IMG/VR virus record: IMGVR_UViG_2795385844_000002
Location: 1-64,000 of that record
Source: a virus
Lineage: Duplodnaviria; Heunggongvirae; Uroviricota; Caudoviricetes
Strand: one strand, 5' to 3'
Length of the DNA: 64,000 nucleotides
The first letter of the stretch is position 1; each line of letters begins with the position of its first letter. The notes under the pieces are model-generated. The model did no database searches. It saw nothing but the letters and a program-made list of their open reading frames with translations, and was not told where the DNA came from. Shown here in pieces: positions 8,616 through 15,921 of this stretch. Made by a program: the position numbers and the translations under genes.

Positions 8616-9448
8616 TCGATCACCTCAGTGAATGGCCCGAATCGCTCTTCGAGCAGACCTATGGAGCGCAAGGTGTACCACTCCTCGTCCCCAACCTTCG
8701 ACTTCCATGAACCCGAGCCGAACCTGTACCGACGCCCTACTAGGTCATCCACGGGACTCCACACGGTGCCGTCTCGGGCCTCTTCGCAATCCAGGCTCGG
8801 AAGTACACGGGGCTCAAGGATTTCGGTGTAAGGAGGCAGCGCGTCAGGTTCATAGGCATCCCCGTACAGATCACCGCCCAGGCCACCGCTCACCCATCGG
8901 GTGCCGTCGTGCCAGAACTCCAGCCCAGCACAGTTCCGCCACCGTGATCCCTGCTCGTCTACCCCTAGACGGTCAACGACACGGGGTTCCCGGTAGGGCT
9001 TGGGACGTCGTTCCTCCCAGTGCTGACGGATTTCGCCGCCCACATCTTCAGCAGTGCGCTCCGGTTCCTGTTGTGCTGTTGGGTCGGGCCGAGGCACAAT
9101 CGGCTCTTCGCCAGGTGGGAACCAATCCAACCCTACTTGTTCGGGCCACTCGTCGGGGCGGATCTGCGGCCAAGAGTCGGCGTCGTATTGGTTCTTTCGG
9201 GCAGGGGCATTCGGGTTCAGCTGGAAGTATTCCCAGAATGGTGCATCAAGACCCACTGTTCGGTGAGCAACCCACCCCCCGTCTGGTCGTCGTGCGATGG
9301 TGCCAACAGGTGCACCCTCGGGGATGCTGTTAGCGGCAGCGATGATCCGGTCTATGTACTCATCGGTGGTGTCCACCCGGCCCTGCCACTCATCAGCGGC
9401 CTCACCCATCGCTTTCCGCTGCGCTTCAGTCGGATTCAACACGTTCAC
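8612..9448 (-). CDS. hypothetical protein (278 aa); C-terminal domain paralogous to the product of 35743..36234
   Basis: Shared C-terminal pattern LDC(D/E)EARDG(T/A)VW...YRF..G.W...EVI. Confidence 0.6.
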   Translation of the reverse strand: MNVLNPTEAQRKAMGEAADEWQGRVDTTDEYIDRIIAAANSIPEGAPVGTIARRPDGGWVAHRTVGLDAPFWEYFQLNPNAPARKNQYDADSWPQIRPDEWPEQVGLDWFPPGEEPIVPRPDPTAQQEPERTAEDVGGEIRQHWEERRPKPYREPRVVDRLGVDEQGSRWRNCAGLEFWHDGTRWVSGGLGGDLYGDAYEPDALPPYTEILEPRVLPSLDCEEARDGTVWSPVDDLVGRRYRFGSGSWKSKVGDEEWYTLRSIGLLEERFGPFTEVIE

Positions 9449-10134
9449 CAGCCAAACTCCCTTGGTACATAGACTTGGTTCTGCGGTCGGATGAAGTCCG
9501 AATCCGCTGGCGGTTGGTCAGATTCTGTGATGCGAATCAGCAGACGCCATCCACGTTCAGTAGCCTGCGACGCCTGGTGGATGTTCCACCAATCCCATGA
9601 ATACCAAACACTCTCTTGCGCAACCAGTTTCCGCAGGGTCGTGCAACCATCAATCCGGCGAGTTAATTCTGAATAAAGCTGTTCGTCTTCGTCGTGCTCA
9701 ATCGGCAGGTGCAGTAATCCATCAATGAACACAGTTGGGCAGTCGTTTCCAACGTGCAGCGTGTGGTAGCGCGGGTAATAGCCCTCAAGGGAACGGTAAT
9801 TCTGCAGCGGGAGGGACGGCGCGCCCCAATTCGCTGGGGTCAAGGTCTCGTCTGCCGCGCTGTAGCGCGGAACCCCATCGGTATGCCACCCGGGAATCGC
9901 AGGCCACCAACCGGGCATCAGCATAGAGACCTTGGTGTCCACGAAGATGTGCTTGTGGTCCCCAACAATTGGGGCTGACTGCAGGAGTCCGCGCAAGAGT
10001 GGACCTCCATAGAGCACAGCATTCGACAGGCTCGCACGGCGCAGGTTCGGTGTCCCCTCGATTAAGCCAGAGGGATCTGAATACGCCTGGGGTCCAATGA
10101 CCACCGGGTTGCGGTTGAACCAATATGTGGTCAC
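9445..10134 (-). CDS. hypothetical protein (229 aa)
   Basis: ORF track; tight overlap with neighbours. Confidence 0.55.
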   Translation of the reverse strand: MTTYWFNRNPVVIGPQAYSDPSGLIEGTPNLRRASLSNAVLYGGPLLRGLLQSAPIVGDHKHIFVDTKVSMLMPGWWPAIPGWHTDGVPRYSAADETLTPANWGAPSLPLQNYRSLEGYYPRYHTLHVGNDCPTVFIDGLLHLPIEHDEDEQLYSELTRRIDGCTTLRKLVAQESVWYSWDWWNIHQASQATERGWRLLIRITESDQPPADSDFIRPQNQVYVPREFGW

Positions 10135-10481
10135 AGTAGCTTCAACTCCCCCGTGATCGGAGCGAGCTCTTCAGCCGTTGCAGGTCCAATAGCGCAACAC
10201 GTGGTCGTCAAGATGCCATGGAATTCGGTCTTCCCGTTATCCGTGATCAGTGCGTTCGGGAGGTTGGCTTTAATTGCCTTGCCCCAAAGGTCAATCAGGG
10301 CGTCTTCGCTCTCCACCCGTACGCAGACCTTCGTGAACGAACCCGCGAGCCACTCGACCACACGTGGGTCGTCGCGGTACTCGAGAACGGCCCCCAGAGA
10401 GGCGTGAGCACCCTGCGAAACCATCTTCCCGGCACGCATGCCGAGATCCTTACGCATGACGATTACCTGCTTCAGTCCCAT
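10131..10481 (-). CDS. pth2: peptidyl-tRNA hydrolase, PTH2 family
   Basis: 116 aa with a QGAHAS motif and PTH2-like fold signature. Confidence 0.8.
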   Translation of the reverse strand: MGLKQVIVMRKDLGMRAGKMVSQGAHASLGAVLEYRDDPRVVEWLAGSFTKVCVRVESEDALIDLWGKAIKANLPNALITDNGKTEFHGILTTTCCAIGPATAEELAPITGELKLL

Positions 10482-10684
10482 GGAATCAGTCCTGCGCTAT
10501 TCAGACGCTTCAGGCATGCGGCCATCTCCCGCAAACTGATGGGTTCCACAATGTCCTTGGCGTCTTCGGTAATGTGGCAGATCTCGCTCTGCTCCTCGAA
10601 GCAGATCAGTAGGATCTCTTCCAGATTGAGCTCCTCCAGATCACTCACTGTCGTACACCTCTCCCATGATCTGAGCGCCGTCAT
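10472..10684 (-). CDS. hypothetical acidic protein (70 aa)
   Basis: ORF track. Confidence 0.45.
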   Translation of the reverse strand: MTALRSWERCTTVSDLEELNLEEILLICFEEQSEICHITEDAKDIVEPISLREMAACLKRLNSAGLIPWD

Positions 10685-10764
10685 AGACGGTCACCGGGTC
10701 GTAGTCGCATGCCGAATCGCGGTACCCCTTGCCTGGGATCACCGGGTACTTCTCAAACCAGAAC

Positions 10765-11277
10765 TCACCGTGCAAGAGCGCACGGTCCAGTGTGTGGGTC
10801 GACGTGGTAACTGGCTGGTGGTGAACATAGCGGGCCGCTGTAGCCGAAATTGGTAACCGAGATCCCCGCGCGCTCTGCTCGCTTCATGCAATCCCAGGTA
10901 CCGCGTGAATCCTTCAACGGGAAGGCGATACACGTATCGGCACCACGGTCGACCATCTCCTGGTTTCGCAGGTGCCCAGCGACCGGGCAATAGCGAGTAC
11001 CGTTCTTCCACCGAACGGCATGAGTGCAGTGCTGGTCGCAGTCTCGGTACCAGTCCGCAGGAACGCCCTCGTTCATTACCGGAAAGCCCTTAGCCATCGC
11101 TTCGTCGGCCCACTGCGATGCGAACAGGTCAGCACCGCTCGGGCACTCCCCCTGCACCACAACGAGATCGCCCTGGCCGCGCTTCCCTGCAATCGCAAGC
11201 TGGGCATTCAGAGCGGAACGTACGAACTTGCGGGACGGCCAGGCCCGACTACCTGTAACCAGAACGCGGCGCGTCAT
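10765..11277 (-). CDS. DUF2493 / SLOG-family (DprA-like Rossmann) protein
   Basis: N-terminal VLVTGSRAW motif typical of DUF2493. Confidence 0.5.
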   Translation of the reverse strand: MTRRVLVTGSRAWPSRKFVRSALNAQLAIAGKRGQGDLVVVQGECPSGADLFASQWADEAMAKGFPVMNEGVPADWYRDCDQHCTHAVRWKNGTRYCPVAGHLRNQEMVDRGADTCIAFPLKDSRGTWDCMKRAERAGISVTNFGYSGPLCSPPASYHVDPHTGPCALAR

Positions 11278-11372
11278 AGCAAGGCACCCACAACTGTCAC
11301 CAATAGGCCGATCACCGCAACGACCATCGCAACCGGCAATAGTGTCAGCGGCAGGTCATAGACCAAACCCAT
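11274..11372 (-). CDS. tiny membrane peptide (32 aa)
   Basis: Internal ATG of a longer low-complexity ORF; hydrophobic; ATGA overlap with the 10765..11277 start. Confidence 0.3.
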   Translation of the reverse strand: MGLVYDLPLTLLPVAMVVAVIGLLVTVVGALL

Positions 11373-11431
11373 GACGCACATTCCTGACGGAACCCCTACG
11401 AGTACGCCCGACCAGTATGGAACGAGAGGGT

Positions 11432-11542
11432 TCAATGCCCCCACCTCAGCTCCATCAGAGTCGGGAAGATTAGGACCAGGATGACCACGAGCCCACCCAT
11501 CGCCAGTGACACGTACCAAGCCCAATCGTCCAGGCGCTTCAT
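11432..11542 (-). CDS. tiny membrane peptide (36 aa)
   Basis: MKRLDDWAWYVSLAMGGLVVILVLIFP...; ATGA overlap with the upstream gene. Confidence 0.3.
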   Translation of the reverse strand: MKRLDDWAWYVSLAMGGLVVILVLIFPTLMELRWGH

Positions 11543-11838
11543 AGCTTCTCCAGCTTGTAGGTTGAAAGAACCTTCCTGATCGCGCCTGGATAAGTCCACC
11601 CCTGTCCGGTCTCCTCTTCCACGGCGGCAATGAAGGCCTTCTCGACAGCCTCCTGCTCCTCAAGTGCCTGGTAAGTCTCAGCACGCTCTCCGAGCCATAG
11701 CGCGACCTCTCGGATTCGGTCCGTGCCTGGACTAGATGGGCCGGAAGAAATCCCGCGCCATATAATGTCGCGCGCGAACAAAATCATTTCCGGCGTGACA
11801 GTCGGAATCCTCTCGAAGTCATAGGGATTCGATGTCAT
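11539..11838 (-). CDS. hypothetical protein (99 aa)
   Basis: ORF track. Confidence 0.5.
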   Translation of the reverse strand: MTSNPYDFERIPTVTPEMILFARDIIWRGISSGPSSPGTDRIREVALWLGERAETYQALEEQEAVEKAFIAAVEEETGQGWTYPGAIRKVLSTYKLEKL

Positions 11839-11948
11839 GCCTGACGCTCCAGCTTGATGTTCTCAATCAGCTCCGCTACCGACGCTACGAAGTCAACGAC
11901 GCTCAGGGCGACGATTGTGATGCTCAAGTACTTTCTGAATTCCTTCAT
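11835..11948 (-). CDS. tiny membrane peptide (37 aa)
   Basis: MKEFRKYLSITIVALSVVDFVASV...; ATGA overlaps on both sides. Confidence 0.3.
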   Translation of the reverse strand: MKEFRKYLSITIVALSVVDFVASVAELIENIKLERQA

Positions 11949-11988
11949 ATACCAATGCTATTGAGCGATTCTGGGTTCATGTGGGTAC

Positions 11989-12017
11989 GAAAAAAGCCCC
12001 CAGCTTTCGCTGAGGGC
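11989..12017 (-). terminator. rho-independent terminator (minus strand) at the downstream end of the tRNA array
   Basis: GC hairpin GCCCCCAGC/GCTGAGGGC followed on the minus strand by UUUUUU. Confidence 0.5.
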
Positions 12018-12025
12018 TCTTCGAG

Positions 12026-12099
12026 TAGTCCATGCGGGAATCAAACCCGCACCAACACCTTGAAAAGAGGGTGGTGTGCTCTCACTACACCAATGGACC
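12026..12099 (-). tRNA. tRNA-like element, non-canonical (T-loop TTTGATT, anticodon arm does not fold)
   Basis: Acceptor GGTCCAT/ATGGACT, D-arm GTGT..GCAC and a perfect T-stem GCGGG/CCCGC, but no 5-bp anticodon stem; contains TTTTCAA. Confidence 0.3.
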
Positions 12100-12105
12100 T
12101 TAGGG

Positions 12106-12444
12106 CTATTGCTCAACCCACTTGCCGGATTCGCGAACCTCAGTCTTGAGGTTCACCGGCCACATATCGCGCTCAACCTGGGCCCGCTGCAGCTCCTCAC
12201 GACCGACCTGACGCTTCACCCATAGTTGGAACTTCGGTGAGTTCGCCATACGCCTGAATGCAGACTGCTTGTTCTGCAGCTGGCTACGCTCCTCGCGCGA
12301 CTCACCCACCGCGCCAGAAGGCTCATGCGTGATCCGCACACCCGTCTCGCGCTTGTTCTGGTTTTGACCGCCCTTGCCCCCGGCTCGGAACGTGTCTACG
12401 CGACAATCCGAGAGGGTGACGGACAGTACTCGTTCTCTACTCAC
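12106..12444 (-). CDS. arfB: ArfB/ICT1-like GGQ-domain peptidyl-tRNA hydrolase (class I release factor domain)
   Basis: RAGGKGGQNQNKRETGVRITHEPSG matches the GGQ motif region of RF1-domain proteins; basic C-terminal tail. Confidence 0.75.
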   Translation of the reverse strand: MSRERVLSVTLSDCRVDTFRAGGKGGQNQNKRETGVRITHEPSGAVGESREERSQLQNKQSAFRRMANSPKFQLWVKRQVGREELQRAQVERDMWPVNLKTEVRESGKWVEQ

Positions 12445-12445
12445 G

Positions 12446-12519
12446 TCAAGTCGACCGGATTTGAACCGGCGTCCCCCGCCGTGACAGGGCGGTGCTTTAG
12501 ACCTCTAAGCTACGACTCG
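12446..12519 (-). tRNA. tRNA-Asp (GTC)
   Basis: Full cloverleaf: acceptor CGAGTCG/CGACTTG, D GCTT/AAGC, anticodon stem CCGCC/GGCGG with loop CTGTCAC, T-arm GCCGG-TTCAAAT-CCGGT. Confidence 0.8.
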
Positions 12520-12630
12520 ATAAGCCGTTTTCCGCGCGCCGGTTTTCGAGTCCGACGCGCCAGGGTGGACGGCACCCTGAGCCAACTTTCTGGGAATCAA
12601 ACCCTGGAGCTGCTTGGCCAAAACTCCCGT

Positions 12631-12703
12631 GGAGACGGTGCGAATTGAACGCGACCACACCAATCTTGCAAGGATCGGTCGCCACCTTGGAACATGCGCC
12701 CCC
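12631..12703 (-). pseudogene. degenerate tRNA-like sequence (anticodon arm resembles tRNA-Ala TGC)
   Basis: Good anticodon arm CGATC-CTTGCAA-GATTG but the T-stem and acceptor do not pair. Confidence 0.25.
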
Positions 12704-12704
12704 A

Positions 12705-12781
12705 TGGGGCCTCATCGAGGTCTCGAACCCCGCGCCTCTTCGTTACTAAGGAAGTGCTCTAGCCAGATGAGCTAATGAGGC
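12705..12781 (-). tRNA. tRNA with encoded CCA, anticodon loop TTAGTAA (AGT, Thr-like; isotype uncertain)
   Basis: Acceptor GCCTCAT/ATGAGGC then C-CCA; D GCTC/GAGC; T-arm CGGGG-TTCGAGA-CCTCG; 31:39 C.C mismatch. Confidence 0.6.
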
Positions 12782-12782
12782 C

Positions 12783-12856
12783 TGGTACCTTGCGAGAGAA
12801 TTGAACTCCCATCCTCGGGGTGTAAACCCGGTGCCCTTCCGTTGGACGAGCAAGGC
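12783..12856 (-). tRNA. tRNA-Val (TAC), CCA encoded
   Basis: Acceptor GCCTTGC/GCAAGGT then A-CCA; anticodon loop TTTACAC; T-arm GGGAG-TTCAATT-CTCTC. Confidence 0.7.
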
Positions 12857-12981
12857 ATATTGAGCTTTTGGTTGAGGGTGCCAATGCTGCAGCGAGAGGT
12901 CCCTGGCGGATGCTCTATCCGCGCCATACTTCCGGCGACAACCGAAGTCTCCACCGTAGGGTCGCCCATCCCAGGGCGTCG

Positions 12982-13056
12982 AACGAGTGACCAGATTCGA
13001 ACTGGCACGACCTGTTTGGAAGACAGGGATGCTAAACCGTTAAACATCACACTCGC
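12982..13056 (-). tRNA. tRNA-Gly (TCC)
   Basis: Acceptor GCGAGTG/CACTCGT; anticodon arm CCTGT-CTTCCAA-ACAGG; T-arm GCCAG-TTCGAAT-CTGGT. Confidence 0.75.
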
Positions 13057-13104
13057 TTGAGTATGCAGATCGTAGGCTTCAAGGGTACGAAATGCGTACT
13101 GTTG

Positions 13105-13175
13105 CACGACCGACAGGAGTTGAACCTGCTTCCACGCGGCTTAGGAGGCCGTTGGTCTGTCCGAGTTACAGTCGT
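13105..13175 (-). tRNA. tRNA-Arg (CCT), short D-arm
   Basis: Acceptor ACGACTG/CGGTCGT; anticodon loop CTCCTAA; T-arm GCAGG-TTCAACT-CCTGT. Confidence 0.45.
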
Positions 13176-13182
13176 AAGTTGG

Positions 13183-13254
13183 TAAGCCCGCAGTGAGTTG
13201 AACACTGGTTTCCGCCTTATCAGAGCGGTGTCCTAACCATTGGACGACGAGCTA
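13183..13254 (-). tRNA. tRNA-Ile (GAT)
   Basis: D GTCC/GGAC; anticodon arm CCGCT-CTGATAA-GGCGG; T-arm CAGTG-TTCAACT-CACTG; 1:72 mismatch. Confidence 0.6.
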
Positions 13255-13255
13255 G

Positions 13256-13327
13256 TGGGTCTGGTAGGACTCGAACCTACGTCTCCGACTTAAGAGGACG
13301 GAGCTAAACCATCTCAGCTACAAACCC
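13256..13327 (-). tRNA. tRNA-Lys (CTT)
   Basis: Acceptor GGGTTTG/CAGACCC; anticodon loop CTCTTAA; T-arm GTAGG-TTCGAGT-CCTAC. Confidence 0.55.
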
Positions 13328-13335
13328 ATTGTTGG

Positions 13336-13407
13336 TAGGGCGCAAGGGATTCGAACCCTCAACACGCGAGGTAAAAGCTCGGGGTGATTCCGTTTCACCA
13401 ACGCCCA
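13336..13407 (-). tRNA. tRNA-Lys (TTT)
   Basis: D GTGA/TCAC; anticodon arm CCGAG-CTTTTAC-CTCGC; T-arm GAGGG-TTCGAAT-CCCTT. Confidence 0.6.
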
Positions 13408-13410
13408 ATA

Positions 13411-13647
13411 TCAATTCATTGCCGGAAACGCCTCCCACACATGCGGATAAGCAGCGCGGTATGCGTCGCGACTGGAGCGGGTAAGAATTGTCGTCGGCTT
13501 ACACCCGATAACCACCAGCCCTTCCCTGCGCACCCTCTCCACCGCGAGCTCAGGAGTCATCCTCCTGCCGTACACAAACATCGTGCCGGTGGTCGTCTCG
13601 ACATCGAATACTTTCACGTAGTCGGCGCGAGGATCGAACTCGCACAC
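13411..13647 (-). CDS. hypothetical protein (78 aa) embedded in the tRNA array
   Basis: ORF track; GTG start; no strong RBS. Confidence 0.3.
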   Translation of the reverse strand: MCEFDPRADYVKVFDVETTTGTMFVYGRRMTPELAVERVRREGLVVIGCKPTTILTRSSRDAYRAAYPHVWEAFPAMN

Positions 13648-13751
13648 ACCGAGGTTTGAGCTCGGCGGCTTTGCCAGGTTTGCCTAGCCGACCATGCTCA
13701 GCATTTAACCGACCCGAGGCGGTCGGCACCCGTGAGGGCTGTTTGAACCGG

Positions 13752-13825
13752 TACTCCAAGAGGGATTCGAACCCACAACCTCCAGGGTCTAAGCCTGTCG
13801 CCTCTGCCAGTTGGGCTATTGGAGC
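13752..13825 (-). tRNA. type-I tRNA with anticodon TAG (Leu-codon CUA reader, short variable loop)
   Basis: Acceptor GCTCCAA/TTGGAGT, A73; anticodon loop CTTAGAC; T-arm GTGGG-TTCGAAT-CCCTC. Confidence 0.5.
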
Positions 13826-13882
13826 TTGGTGCCGATATTGCCGCGTCGGCTTTACGGTGACTCCTACTCACCGAGCGCGTCG

Positions 13883-13954
13883 AGACGAAGGCCGGGATCG
13901 AACCGGCGTGGGCCAGGGTTGCAGCCTGCCAGCTAGCCACTCACTCACTTCGCC
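13883..13954 (-). tRNA. tRNA-Cys (GCA)
   Basis: Acceptor GGCGAAG/CTTCGTC; anticodon arm GCAGG-CTGCAAC-CCTGG; perfect T-arm GCCGG-TTCGATC-CCGGC. Confidence 0.6.
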
Positions 13955-13962
13955 TTAAGCCG

Positions 13963-14127
13963 CTATTCTGCGGCGGGTGCTGCCTTCTTCGCTGGTGCCT
14001 TCTTGGCTACCGGCTTTTCTTCCACTGCGTAGTGGAAGTCCTCAAGGGTATCCATACGATCAATCAGGTCGTTTACCGCCTTGACGATGTCGATATGGGC
14101 GATGCCCGTGCGCAGCTTGTCAGTCAT
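13963..14127 (-). CDS. small hypothetical protein (54 aa) within the tRNA array
   Basis: ATG at 14127; product MTDKLRTGIAHIDIVKAVNDL...KKAPAKKAAPAAE. Confidence 0.4.
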   Translation of the reverse strand: MTDKLRTGIAHIDIVKAVNDLIDRMDTLEDFHYAVEEKPVAKKAPAKKAAPAAE

Positions 14128-14150
14128 ATTGGCCTTTCGGTGTCTGTACG

Positions 14151-14221
14151 TCCCCGTGCGCGGAGTTGAACCGCGATAACCTCGGTCACAGCGAGGGGCT
14201 CTGCCATTGAGCTACACAAGG
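14151..14221 (-). tRNA. tRNA-His (GTG)
   Basis: Acceptor CCTTGTG/CACGGGG; D GCTC/GAGC; anticodon arm CCTCG-CTGTGAC-CGAGG; T-arm CGCGG-TTCAACT-CCGCG. Confidence 0.8.
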
Positions 14222-14285
14222 TATGGCGCTGGCCAGAGCAGCATGGCATCTCTGTTTCTTCGGGCTTTGTACCGGCAGCGCTAAG

Positions 14286-14360
14286 ACCCGTTGACAGGAT
14301 TCGAACCTGCATGCGTTGCGCCTTCGTAGGGCGGTGGGCGCTCCATTGCCCAACAACGGG
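14286..14360 (-). tRNA. tRNA-Arg (ACG)
   Basis: Acceptor CCCGTTG/CAACGGG; D GGGC/GCCC; anticodon loop CTACGAA; T-arm GCAGG-TTCGAAT-CCTGT. Confidence 0.65.
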
Positions 14361-14372
14361 AGCAGGCGGTTT

Positions 14373-14388
14373 AACGTGGAGTGCCCAG
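14373..14388. repeat. 16-bp direct repeat ACGTGGAGTGCCCAGC, copy 1 (inside tRNA array)
   Basis: Identical 16-mer again at 14644..14659. Confidence 0.6.
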
Positions 14389-14498
14389 CACGGAGCAGTT
14401 TTTCGTGATGTCTCAACACGGATGGTTCTTCCAGTTGTGAACCAACAACATTCATGAGCCAGTTTCTACCTCAGCCGTGTACTGGCAACCCTCGTCCG

Positions 14499-14573
14499 TG
14501 GCGGGTACCGGATTTGAACCGGTGGTCTCAAGGTTATGAGCCTTGCGAGATGGCCGAGCTTCTCTAACCCGCT
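14499..14573 (-). tRNA. tRNA-Met (CAT)
   Basis: D GAGA/TCTC; anticodon arm CAAGG-CTCATAA-CCTTG; perfect T-arm ACCGG-TTCAAAT-CCGGT; 1:72 A.C mismatch. Confidence 0.7.
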
Positions 14574-14643
14574 ATGTATGGTGACTCATTCCGACAGGAC
14601 AGTTCGTCGCCTACCGTATCCGCGCGAGTCAACGCGACCTTTT

Positions 14644-14659
14644 ACGTGGAGTGCCCAGC
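14644..14659. repeat. 16-bp direct repeat ACGTGGAGTGCCCAGC, copy 2
   Basis: Identical to 14373..14388. Confidence 0.6.
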
Positions 14660-14698
14660 TTTTCACCAGTAGCTGCGGAACCTGGTTTCCCTTACACG

Positions 14699-14772
14699 CC
14701 GACTCTCCCCGAATCGAACGGGGGCGCACCGGGCTTCAACCGGTCGCTCTTACCTAACTGAGCTAAGAGTCG
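14699..14772 (-). tRNA. tRNA-Phe (GAA)
   Basis: Acceptor CGACTCT/AGAGTCG; D GCTC/GAGC; anticodon arm ACCGG-TTGAAGC-CCGGT; T-arm CCCCG-TTCGATT-CGGGG. Confidence 0.85.
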
Positions 14773-15066
14773 ATTGTTAGAGGCTGAGAGTACACCCGCT
14801 ATCGAGAACCTTTCGCAGCATTATGGATTCGCTGCTTCTCCAGGCCATCCCTGACCTAGTTCTCACGCCTGGTCCGTTACCGTGAACCACTCGTTATGCC
14901 GAAAGCTACTCTGCGGCTTTCCCTTCGCGATGAGATGGCCGTCTCACTGCTGCAGTACTTGCCTACAAACCGCACTCACCTTGCGGGACTATTGTGCGGC
15001 CCAGATTCCCGAGGGTCTGGGATTAAGGCGCTTTTGCTCCTCGGCAGGGGAAGGACTTTTGCTTTT

Positions 15067-15138
15067 AATTGACGACGGGACTTGAACCCGCACATCCAGT
15101 TTCCAATAACTGGTGACCTACCGTTGGTCTACGTCATT
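15067..15138 (-). tRNA. tRNA with 8-nt anticodon loop TATTGGAA (Gln-TTG or Pro-TGG-like; possible quadruplet or frameshift decoder)
   Basis: Good D (GACC/GGTC) and T arms; anticodon arm CCAGT-TATTGGAA-ACTGG is 18 nt instead of the usual 17. Confidence 0.5.
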
Positions 15139-15592
15139 CTCACAGCGGAGAATGATTTGACTAGAGACGTGCTTCCCCATGAAGTTCCGAACCCTTTTGG
15201 GGCACAGAATGCTTCACGCCTCTCGTGCTTTCGCCTGGCGGGGCTAATTACACTCTCTCTCAACCACATTGCGAGCCGTCGCCCGACGCGAGATCGATCA
15301 TGGAACACGCCCTTGCTTGCGAGGCTCGGACTCAGTTCCTTCCGTTCCACAGGGCGCTCGTTCAATAGCCTTTTCACACGCACGTACGTGATGGTGTCCT
15401 CAGCACTTTGCCGTTGGACGGGGCGTAACTCGCAACCTGGCAGCCATCTCTGACTGCTCAAGGATTGGATTGCATGGATTGCCCTTGCGGGTGGTGGGTT
15501 GTCACCCCACCTTTCACCACCTTGCGGTGGCTTATGGGCCATACCCCGAATGTCTTAACTATATCTCCCACAACAGAGTTCGTGTGGGTGAG

Positions 15593-15675
15593 CGGAGAGG
15601 CAGGTATTCGAAACCTACTGCGAACAGCGCTCCGGTTAGCAACCGGGCCTAGTCACCTAACTAGTTGCGCTCTCC
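15593..15675 (-). tRNA. tRNA-Ser (GCT), type II
   Basis: 83 nt; anticodon loop TTGCTAA; long variable arm GCGCTGTTCGCAG; T-arm TAGGT-TTCGAAT-ACCTG. Confidence 0.6.
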
Positions 15676-15754
15676 ATGGTCCACCATTTCAGCACTGACG
15701 CGATCTTCAGTGCACCTGTTCAGCCACCGTTCAGGCAGGTGGAAGTCTTTAGAG

Positions 15755-15839
15755 CGGAAAGTCGAGGAATCGAACCCCCAGGACGCACTGCCTGCCCCGG
15801 TATTCGACGCCGGTTGCCGACCATTCAGCGGGACCTTCC
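15755..15839 (-). tRNA. putative type-II tRNA (Ser-CGA-like), low confidence
   Basis: 85 nt; acceptor GGAAGGT/ACTTTCC; T-loop TTCGATT; anticodon region GTCGAAT; imperfect stems. Confidence 0.35.
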
Positions 15840-15921
15840 ATCGCCCCAGAATTCATGACGCAGCCTGGCGCACACTGCGGACAGCCAACTCGTGGCAGGT
15901 ACCTACCGGTTGACCCTAAAG

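Noticed and set aside
11274-11684. 136-aa ORF upstream of the DUF2493 gene
   Set aside because: Arg/Pro-rich low-complexity N-terminus spanning two other small genes; only the terminal hydrophobic 32-aa peptide was kept, at low confidence.
12857-12981. tRNA-like D-arm sequence (CGGATAGAGCATCCG) between tRNA-Val and tRNA-Gly
   Set aside because: No matching acceptor, anticodon or T arms could be assembled; possibly a decayed tRNA, so it is not called.
13689-13731. Hairpin GCCGACC...GGTCGGC examined as a possible plus-strand tRNA
   Set aside because: Only 28 nt between the arms, too short for a tRNA body; probably a simple stem-loop.
14780-15066. Possible RNase P RNA or group I intron in the 294-nt spacer
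   Set aside because: No GGAAAGUCCGG (P4) or other conserved RNase P or intron core motifs found by eye on either strand.
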